In this document: positions 50,240-60,011 of the stretch, piece after piece
Position numbering within the stretch: the first letter of the stretch is position 1
How the letters are laid out: each line of letters starts with the position of its first letter
NCBI RefSeq assembly: GCF_001194135.2
Contig: NC_068985.1
Coordinates: forward strand, 124,812,430 to 124,872,440
DNA length: 60,011 bases
Reading direction: 5' to 3'
Source: Octopus bimaculoides
Taxonomy: Eukaryota
The notes under the pieces: model-generated
What the model saw: the letters and a program-made list of their open reading frames with translations, nothing else
The model's database searches: none
What the model was told of the DNA's origin: nothing
Translations under genes and position numbers: made by a program

Positions 50240-51380
50240 TATTTTATCTTTTCGTTGTTTCAGTTATGAAACTGCGACCATGCTGGGGCACTGCTTTGAA
50301 TTTTTTAGTCGAATGAATCAACCCCTGTACTTATTTTTAAAGCCTGGTACTTATTTTATCTCAATCTTTTGCCGAACCGCTAAGTTACGGGGACGCCAAC
50401 ACATCAACATCGGTTGTCAAACGGTAATGGGGGTGCAAACACAGAAAAACACACACATAGATAAACACACATACATACACACACACATTATATATATATA
50501 NNNNNNNNNNNNNNNNNNNNNNNNNNNNNNNNNNNNNNNNNNNNNNNNNNNNNNNNNNNNNNNNNNNNNNNNNNNNNNNNNNNNNNNNNNNNNNNNNNNN
50601 NNNNNNNNNNNNNNNNNNNNNNNNNNNNNNNNNNNNNNNNNNNNNNNNNNNNNNNNNNNNNNNNNNNNNNNNNNNNNNNNNNNNNNNNNNNNNNNNNNNN
50701 NNNNNNNNNNNNNNNNNNNNNNNNNNNNNNNNNNNNNNNNNNNNNNNNNNNNNNNNNNNNNNNNNNNNNNNNNNNNNNNNNNNNNNNNNNNNNNNNNNNN
50801 NNNNNNNNNNNNNNNNNNNNNNNNNNNNNNNNNNNNNNNNNNNNNNNNNNNNNNNNNNNNNNNNNNNNNNNNNNNNNNNNNNNNNNNNNNNNNNNNNNNN
50901 NNNNNNNNNNNNNNNNNNNNNNNNNNNNNNNNNNNNNNNNNNNNNNNNNNNNNNNNNNNNNNNNNNNNNNNNNNNNNNNNNNNNNNNNNNNNNNNNNNNN
51001 NNNNNNNNNNNNNNNNNNNNNNNNNNNNNNNNNNNNNNNNNNNNNNNNNNNNNNNNNNNNNNNNNNNNNNNNNNNNNNNNNNNNNNNNNNNNNNNNNNNN
51101 NNNNNNNNNNNNNNNNNNNNNNNNNNNNNNNNNNNNNNNNNNNNNNNNNNNNNNNNNNNNNNNNNNNNNNNNNNNNNNNNNNNNNNNNNNNNNNNNNNNT
51201 ATATATATATATATATGCGTGACGAGCTTCTTTCAGTTTCCGAATACCAAATCTACTCAAGACTTTGGTCGGCCTGAGGCTATAGTGAAGGACACTTGCC
51301 GAAGGTGCCACACAGTGGGACTGAACCCGGAACCATGTCGTTGGGAAGTAAGCTTCTTAATACACAGCCACGCCTGCACC
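50240..51380 (-). mobile_element. Family B SINE spanning an N gap
   Basis: 3' part at 50240-50450 and head at 51220-51380 (GGGACTGAACCCGGAACCATG..GTTGGGAAGTAAGCTTCTT) are in the same orientation on either side of (TA)n plus the gap. Confidence 0.7.
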
Positions 51381-52097
51381 TGTCTTAACCCTTGTATCTA
51401 ACACTCCCCAGTTTCAGCTCAATAAATTCCTCAAGATGCTCCGTCTATGACACCCTGCTTCTAAAATGTTCCAAACCGTTGGTGCTTCTACGTGGTCGCA
51501 CGCTCAACTACAAATGATGATGTTCATTCAAATGAAATTCTGCCGCCTTGAAAAAAGGTAAGTCACAACGAATAACATGGTCCTAAATGAGCGAAAGGAC
51601 AGGATGGTCACAGCTTGTCCGACTGTGGTCACAAGTTTGCTCAATCAGAGCCAACCTCAACAGCATCAACTATTGTGTATTATCTTACTGGATCACCTGA
51701 TCTATGATTTTTATTTTTACAACACTATATTATAAATCTCCAATCGTATTTGGTCTTCAGTTGTGCTCAGTGGATTCCTGATACTTTTCGAGTCGATACG
51801 CAACAGAGGTATCGGAAGCGATACCAAGAACCACATCGTATGACCCTTACAATACCACCATAATACTGTTTCTACGGAGCTTGTCCTGACCGTTCTTGTT
51901 TTCTTCTTCCATTTTTTTTTCTGTTCTTCTCTTTTATTATTTTTCTCGAAGAAGCACTGTCCGAAACTTTGAATACTAATTTATCATTATTTTTGTTGTT
52001 TGTTTTAATTTCTTCTTTACTGCATAAAAAAACTGCTAAACACTATGAAGTCTTGTGTTTATATTTTTCTTTTTATTTCGTGTCTGATATCGTTTCA

Positions 52098-52423
52098 GTG
52101 AAGGCGCGTGTGCTTAGGGTACTCAGTTCGCGATCGTAAGGTCGTGAGTTCAATACACGACAGCGTGTTGTGTCCTTGTGCAAAACACTTTATTTTTATT
52201 TCACGTTGATCCAGTCCACTCAGCTGGCAAAAGTGAGTTGTACCTGTAGTTGAAAAGGCCTAACTTGTTACATTCTGTGTCACACTGAATCTCTCTGAAA
52301 ACTACGTTAGGAGTACGCGTGTCTGTGCGATTGCTCAGCTAATCGAACGTTAGTTTCATGAGCAGGTTGTTACGTTGATCGGATAAACTGGAACCCGCGT
52401 CGTCGTAACCGACGGAGTGCCAG
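52098..52423 (+). mobile_element. Family C-related tRNA-headed SINE, diverged
   Basis: Head GTGAAGGCGCGTG...GGTCGTGAGTTCAAT. The 3' half matches 18140-18300 (GTCAC.CTGAAT...AACTACGTTA...GACGGAGTGCCA). A more decayed relative may start near 14594. Confidence 0.85.
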
Positions 52424-52675
52424 ATATCTTTTCTCTGGTTATTTTACCGTAGTGACGCGAACTTCGATATCATCTAGAATCTCGGATTAAACCTAGTTCG
52501 GATTACACAGGATCTAATATATGCTATCTTCAGATTCTAACACTATAATTCAATGGGAAAGCAGTTCAGTTAATCGACCAACCCGAATGTTCATAATTGA
52601 AACCGATTGAGACCCATTATTTAGTTGTGGGGAAAGTAGTGTTCGTGAAGAAACAAGTGACGGCTGTAATATTGG

Positions 52676-52887
52676 TTTCAAATTTAGGCACAACGCCAGC
52701 AATTTAAGGGAAAGGTGTAAGTTGATTACATCAACCACAGAGCTCAACTGGTACTTATTTTATCGACCCCGAAAGGATAAAGAGCAAAGTCGACCCCGGC
52801 GGAGTTTGAACTCAGAACGTAAAGAGAGGCGAAATGCCACTAAGTATTTTACCCGATGTGCTAACAATTTTGCCAGCTCGCTGCCTT
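52676..52887 (-). mobile_element. Family A SINE
   Basis: Reverse complement of head and core. Confidence 0.85.
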
Positions 52888-53170
52888 AATGACGGCTATA
52901 ATATTAATAATGGAAATTTTAGCTGGGACGATGGGGTTCCAGTTGATGCGGACAATACTGCAACTTACAAACATGTTCACATACAGGCGCACGCGCGCAC
53001 ACACACACACACACGCGCACACACTTACATATGCGCACATACACGCATATAAACACATTCTGACTGTGGGAGAATAAGAGAGTGTGATAGGTATGTGCTT
53101 GCAGAATAAAAATATATAAACACACTGATATTTAAATTATATGTACAAACATGCATGCATTCATCTCACT

Positions 53171-53202
<32 letters not shown>

Positions 53203-54257
53203 CGCACACACACACACACAAGCACACACACACACATACACATACATATATACATATACAGATATGCATATATATATGTTAGTATGTATGTGTGAACACG
53301 TATATGTATGTGTATGTATATATATATATGTATATATANNNNNNNNNNNNNNNNNNNNNNNNNNNNNNNNNNNNNNNNNNNNNNNNNNNNNNNNNNNNNN
53401 NNNNNNNNNNNNNNNNNNNNNNNNNNNNNNNNNNNNNNNNNNNNNNNNNNNNNNNNNNNNNNNNNNNNNNNNNNNNNNNNNNNNNNNNNNNNNNNNNNNN
53501 NNNNNNNNNNNNNNNNNNNNNNNNNNNNNNNNNNNNNNNNNNNNNNNNNNNNNNNNNNNNNNNNNNNNNNNNNNNNNNNNNNNNNNNNNNNNNNNNNNNN
53601 NNNNNNNNNNNNNNNNNNNNNNNNNNNNNNNNNNNNNNNNNNNNNNNNNNNNNNNNNNNNNNNNNNNNNNNNNNNNNNNNNNNNNNNNNNNNNNNNNNNN
53701 NNNNNNNNNNNNNNNNNNNNNNNNNNNNNNNNNNNNNNNNNNNNNNNNNNNNNNNNNNNNNNNNNNNNNNNNNNNNNNNNNNNNNNNNNNNNNNNNNNNN
53801 NNNNNNNNNNNNNNNNNNNNNNNNNNNNNNNNNNNNNNNNNNNNNNNNNNNNNNNNNNNNNNNNNNNNNNNNNNNNNNNNNNNNNNNNNNNNNNNNNNNN
53901 NNNNNNNNNNNNNNNNNNNNNNNNNNNNNNNNNNNNNNNNNNNNNNNNNNNNNNNNNNNNNNNNNNNNNNNNNNNNNNNNNNNNNNNNNNNNNNNNNNNN
54001 NNNNNNNNNNNNNNNNNNNNNNNNNNNNNNNNNNNNNNNNNNNNNNNNNNNNNNNNNNNNNNNNNNNNNNNNNNNNNNNNNNNNNNNNNNNNNNNNNNNN
54101 NCCCCCCACACACACACACAACCCATCATCCCCCCTTCACATATATGTATAACTCACAGTCTATCGCTAGAAGCAGTTATTAACCTGTATGCAAAGCCTA
54201 AGAAGTTTCTCGCGTTTAATCTCGAGTGCTAAACTACTAACGTTTGGTAGAGGAAAC

Positions 54258-54290
<33 letters not shown>

Positions 54291-54624
54291 TCGCACGTAC
54301 ATACACGTACGAGTGCGCGTGCACTCACACTTTCCATGAATTTCCTCGAGAGCAATTGTTTTTATTTTAATGAAATGTCTATCTTCATATAAAAATTATT
54401 TAATAATTATCGCTTATATCATGCTGCCAATTCCTGAAAAGAATGAAATAGCATAATGCAAGATTACGACCAACTAGAAATTTTATCAAGTTCTTAATAA
54501 GTAAAAAAACCCCAAAAAACAACAACAATATTTTGTGAATTCTAAGTACCGTTTCCTTATGATTCCTTGATTTGAAATTGGAATTTCTAATACTTCCAAG
54601 ACAAAGATCCAGTCTTTCGTTGGC

Positions 54625-55205
54625 TTTTTTGGAGGACTCTACGTCGTCTGTCTCTGTTGTAAGCAAGAATCTCGAAGTTATTGACCGCTTCACTTATCTC
54701 GGAAGTGAAATTCATAGTGGTATTAGCTGCGAGTCTAAAGCCTAAAAAGACTTACACGAGCTGGTGCAGTTGTATACTCATTGGACAAGAGTTTTTGGTG
54801 CTACCGATATATCTGAGCAGAAGGACAAAGGATGGGATCTTTAGGTCCCTGGACTTCCCTGTCCTGTTCTATAGCTGCGAAACTTCAATAGTGTCTGTGG
54901 ACCTTAGGAGCCACCTGAACTCCTTTGGCACCAGGATGCTTCACAGGATTATGGGTTACCAATTGTCGGATTTCGTATCCAACCAATGACTCTACTCAGA
55001 AAGTGGGATGTGTTTTGTTACTTGTATAATTCGGGTGCGCCAGCTCAGATTGTTTGGGTATGTTGCTCGATTTTTCGAGTTATACCCTGCTTACCATGTT
55101 CTCTACTGGGGATCTGGTTGGGTTGACGGCTCTTGTTGGTCGACCACATGTCATATAGTCACTGCAGATCAGGAGGTATCTCGCAGAGATGGGAACCTGA
55201 CCTGA
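54625..55205 (+). mobile_element. RTE-type LINE fragment (end of RT and C-terminal region)
   Basis: NLEVIDRFTYLGSEIH, YLSRRTKDGIFRSLDFPVLFYSCET, HLNSFGTRMLHRIMGY..SDFVSN, IRVRQLRLFGYVAR. Confidence 0.85.
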
Positions 55206-56756
55206 TTATCTCCCTTGCAATTACTGCGTTCATCAGGGTAAAGACAGTAGTTTAATAGAACTTATACATTTTTCCTTGCTTTGGGTTCTCAGTCCTCGAT
55301 GAAGACGTAGGGACATCGCCTTGGCGTATAACATGTTTTGGGAATTTTTAGACCCAGTGAAATTCATCCCTCACTAAATATGATCACGACCAATTTCTCC
55401 CTTAAAGAGTGATTGGCGGAGAGAAGAGAATCGACCCTGTACAGGACTGGTATTTTATTTCTCACTGATGGCATGATGAAAAGCAAAACTGACCTCAAAA
55501 TGCAATGGGCTAGAACGAGTACGGAGACTGTAAGGGAATTTATCATACATTCTAATGACTTATCTAATTTGCTGCTTTAAGTCACATCTCTGAATTTGTA
55601 AAAATAAAAAGTTAATTATATTTCATCCCCATAGTTTCTTATGTACTTAGAATTTTCCCTGGTACTTAAAAAGGCTTCCTAATTTGTCATTGAACGTTGA
55701 TGCAGTAATATGAGCATAAGTGTGGCCTGTCTGCAGCCATTGAACTAGTTAGAAATAAAATTCATTATCTCTTTAAAATCACATCCTACTTTCATTAAAC
55801 AAAGGCAAATCATTAAATAATATATTTCTGCATACACTGTCTAAAAACAAGATAAGATTGGGATAATTGGAATATTTTTGATCATGCGTATACGCAACCA
55901 AGTTTAATCTGGAGCTAAACATGAAGAACCTGAAAAAACATCAAAACAGTTTTACACCGAGATCCCACTATTGATTCCTTGTCGAATGAATCCCACTTCT
56001 TCCACTTTCCCCACTGATGCTTTCAAGAAAAAGATACACATGTCTCAGAAACCCACATAAGATCGTGTATCAGGTCAAAGGAAATAAATATTAGGGTGTT
56101 GGAGGTGGGCAAGTGCGAATACTGTAAGAATATCTCAACTTCTGATGAGCTGCATCTGTAACCAGAAAGTTTCAAGTCCACTTGAAATCTTTTCATTTTC
56201 TTTATGCTGTTTCGACTCTCACGAGGCGTATTATTATCATATAATCACATTTTCCACCTCTTTTACATATTTGAGACCCTCAATGTTGTGAACAACAGAA
56301 GGCAGATCTGAGGTTTACCATTTGTGTTAGCTTTGACAGCACATATAAAATTGGAACGATACCGAAATAATTAACAAGAGCATTGCTTGATTCTTGCGAA
56401 TGTACATATCTGGAATTCTGCATTGAGTTTGTGGGATGTCGAACGAAAGGAGCTTTCTCTCCAGGCCTATAACTCCTACTGGAGCCGTTGGAATGGTATC
56501 GCAATATATGGGTGATGTAGATATTTTCAATCTGGAAAGGTCCATACCTCTGCAGACCTCACTTCCAGAGAAAGAACAGAATACAAAAAACAAAGAAAAA
56601 TCAGAAAAAAAACCCCCAGGAAGAGTAGAATCGTGATGGGTGTGTGTGTGTGTGTGAGTGCAAGCGTGCGTGCGTGTGCGCTTTTGTCTGTACGTGCATA
56701 TGTGTATATATATATGTTTTTGTGTATATATATGTGTGTTCACGAACAGAAATATG

Positions 56757-56807
<51 letters not shown>

Positions 56808-56956
56808 GTGTGTGTATAGTCAAGTGGTTTGGATAATATAAATATATGCCTTGCATCGCCAGTGCAAGAGACTGTAGGTGAACCATGGACCTTTTCACTG
56901 ATAATCTGCGCCCAAATAATTCAGTAGTTTGTCATTTACGCACACACATACGCACG

Positions 56957-57046
<90 letters not shown>

Positions 57047-57380
57047 TACACACACACGCACACATACACAGAGGCGCATATATATATAATATACATACAG
57101 CCATACAAATATGTGAATGTGTGTATGTGTATGTATACGTACATAAGACGTCCCAATCATGGCATTATAAACATACCAAGAGTTTGTTCAATGTAATAGA
57201 AAGTATCTCACAATTCTATTTACGTGGCTTGCGCAACGCCCTAAAACAGCCAACCGTAACGCTGATAACGCCCAAATCTATATTCATAACATCTATAAAC
57301 CAAGACCTCTATTCCTATTATATTTCTTTAATAATCTTACATTCCGATACATTTCTGAGGAAAAATTTTCTTATTCTCTC

Positions 57381-57965
57381 AGACGTGGCTGTGTGGTAAG
57401 AAGCTCGCTTCCCAACCATATATTTCCGGGTTCAGTCCCACTGCGTGACACTTTGGGAAAGTGTCTCCTACAATGGCCTCGGATGGACAAAAGCTTTGTG
57501 ATTGGATTTGTTAGACGGAAACTGTTTTAGTCATGAGAATGCGGCCATGCTGGGACACCACCTAAAGGAATTTTCGGCCGAATCACTCGACCCCACCAGT
57601 ACTTATTTCTTTTCAAAACCTGGTACTTGTTCTATCGGTATCTTTTACCGAAACGCTAAGTTACGGAGATGTAAACATACCTACACCGGTTGTCAAGCGG
57701 TGGTGGTGCACAAACACAAATAAAAAGACGCGCGCGCGCACATACACACGCGTCGTGTCTATGTTAGTCCCCCATCACCGCTTGACAACCGGTGTCGGTG
57801 TGTTTACGTCCCCGTACATTAGCGGTTCGGCATTAGAGACCGATAAAATAAGTATTAGGCTTTAAAAAAAATAAGCCGTGGGGTCGATTTGTCTGACTAA
57901 AACTCTTGAAGGCCGTGCTCCAGTATGGCCGCAGTTAAATGACTGAAGCAAGGAAAAGAATAAAA
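57381..57965. mobile_element. Family B SINE head (+), 3' half (-) and 3' half (+), forming an inverted pair
   Basis: Head at 57381-57525. ACACCGGTTGTCAAGCGGTG (about 57683) and CACCGCTTGACAACCGGTGT (about 57777) are reverse complements, and similarity extends about 170 bp outward. Confidence 0.8.
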
Positions 57966-58015
57966 GAAAAAAAAGAATACTCGATCATCGTACATACATT
58001 CATGTATGTAACGTA

Positions 58016-58229
58016 CGAGGGGGTGCTGAAAAGGTCCTGGCGTTAAGGGTGTCACGAAAGGCCTGGCTGGAGTCCCAAACTTGCGAGTTCTTTTACAGGG
58101 ATTAGAAAAACTGAAGGACCGCTGTAAGTGTGTGAACCTGAGAAGGGAATGTGTTCCATAAAATCATAATTAACTGATCCTCCTGTATTTTCTTTTACCC
58201 AAAGCCAGGAACTTTTCAGCACCCCCTCG
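58016..58229. mobile_element. Tc1/mariner-type MITE, plus an extra right-TIR copy at about 58354-58385
   Basis: TA-CGAGGGGGTGCTGAAAAGGTCCTGGC ... GCCAGGAACTTTTCAGCACCCCCTCG-TA. Confidence 0.9.
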
Positions 58230-58544
58230 TATGTGTGTATGTATGTATGTATGTATGTAAGTGTGGATGTATGTGTGTGTGTATGTATGTAAGTGTGGAT
58301 GTATGTGTGTGTGTGTGTATGTATGTATGTATATAAGTATGCATGTTCACTCTACCCAAAGCCAGGAACTTTTCAGCACCCCTCGTATGTATGTATGTAT
58401 GTATGCATGTTCAATCTTTCTCTTAATTCTTAACTTAGCCTTGACAAGCCGCCTTCCCAGTGGCAAAGTTGAAAAGGAGGAAATTGTGACTTGCTCCCTA
58501 CTTGATAGCGAGGTTATGAAGGAAAGTACCTTCTATTAATTATC

Positions 58545-58855
58545 ATCCTTTAAAACTTAAGATACACTTGAAGATTTTTATTGTCCCAGATATCGTGATC
58601 ATTCGTCGCATACAAATCAGGGATTTGCATTCTCCCCACAAGATCCCAAATTAGAGCCCATACTTTGCTCCAGACGGGTTAGTATATATTCTGTTGACCC
58701 TAAAATAATAGGTACCAAGATGAAAATGTATGTTGGATATTGGGTTTGCAAACTCCTTATTAATGGTTCATAGATGTCCTCTTTTATTTTACTAACCGCG
58801 TTCGTGTCTAGAGGGCAGCTGATTTCCACAACAGAACATATCGTTTCTTTGTGAC
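58545..58855 (-). mobile_element. RLE-type LINE 3' fragment, same family as 1395-1900
   Basis: VEISCPLDTNAVSKIKEDIYEPLIRSLQTQYPTYIFILVPIILGSTEY; nucleotide similarity to 1430-1720. Confidence 0.78.
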
Positions 58856-59139
58856 GCCACGTATGTATGTATGCATGTATGCATGTACGAATGCCGCGTA
58901 TGTATGTATGTATGTATGTAATTATTCAGTTTCAATTCAAGATTTCTTGCCAATAGAGAAAGAGCAGGTTTCTAACCTAGGCCCCTCAACATCAACAGGG
59001 TATTTTTTTATGTATGCATGTATGTATGTGTGCATTGTATATATGTATTTATCTTTTCTTTGTGATGCCGCGTATGTATGTATGTATGTATGTATGCCAT
59101 GCATGTATGTATGTATAAATATATGTAGTGTTGCTTCTT

Positions 59140-59358
59140 GTTTCTTTATTACCCACAAGGGGCTAAACATAGAGGGGACAAACAAGGACAGACAGTGCGT
59201 AACGACCGCAGTGCGTAACTGGTACTTAATTTATCGACCCCAAATGGATGAAAGGCAAAGTCGACCTCGGCGGAATTTGAACTCAGAACGTAACGGCAGA
59301 CGAAATACCGCTATGCATTTCGCCCAGCGTGCTAACGTTTCTTCCAGCTCACCACCTT
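59140..59358 (-). mobile_element. Family A SINE (variant tail as at 3870-4092)
   Basis: Well-preserved reverse complement of head and core; tail CACAAGGGGCTAAACATAGAGGGGACAAACAAGGACAGAC. Confidence 0.88.
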
Positions 59359-59859
59359 ACATGTATGTAATGTTGTGTCTATATAAGTATATGTTTGTGT
59401 ATGTGTGTGCATTAATTGGGTGTGGGTAGGTGTGCTTATGGCTTGCGCATAGCTCGTTGTTTGTTTAATATTTCTGTTCGCTCGCTCCCCTTTCCTCGTT
59501 TCTCATAAGTCTTCTTCTAGATGCTCTACGTTCAAGTTTTTTTTTTGGACATTTTAGTTCAACGATCTCTGCATTAGTTTGCAGATAAGCCAAATGTAAA
59601 TACTCTCTCATACACGGACACACTCACTAAAAGACATATACACACACATATATATGCAGGAGTTTTAATTACGTCTGTGTGTGTGTGTGTCTGTGCGCGC
59701 GCGCGCATAATACAAATGAAGTTATTTTTACTCTTGTGTAGGTAATTCTTAAGTCAGCCGACACTTGGAGAAACCGACTTTCAAGCCTTTTGACCGGAAA
59801 AAAGACCTCATTAACCCACTAGAAAATTATAAATACACACACACACACACACACAAACG

Positions 59860-59890
<31 letters not shown>

Positions 59891-59967
59891 GTGTGTATGT
59901 TTGTTTGTATGCATGTATGCATCTACGTATGTATATATGTATATATATATATACATGTGTGTGCGTG

Positions 59968-60011
<44 letters not shown>

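Overview
Eukaryotic, AT-rich, repeat-dominated draft-assembly DNA with about 4.3 kb of N gaps, most flanked by (TA)n. The SINE families and microsatellite density point to a coleoid cephalopod, probably Octopus (inference from recalled repeat families; no database search was run). Nearly all ORFs in the supplied track are microsatellite or gap read-throughs. One intact protein-coding segment is supported: a 1059-bp terminal exon of a rolling stone-like multi-pass membrane protein (12970-14028, +). A second, frameshifted locus resembles the opioid growth factor receptor (OGFr) conserved domain. It has two exons with phase-matched splice sites (about 39723-40001 and 41151-41330, +) and a tRNA-Pro(TGG) pseudogene in its intron. 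The rest is mobile DNA: three tRNA-headed SINE families; decayed LINEs (L1/Tx1, R4/Dong-like, RTE); a Penelope-like RT; Penelope-type terminal repeats with minimal hammerhead-like motifs and inversions; mariner and hAT MITEs; a rearranged mariner with two convergent 5' ends; and two long foldback palindromes. No CRISPR array, rRNA or prokaryotic system is present. All family assignments rest on manual translation and recalled motifs.
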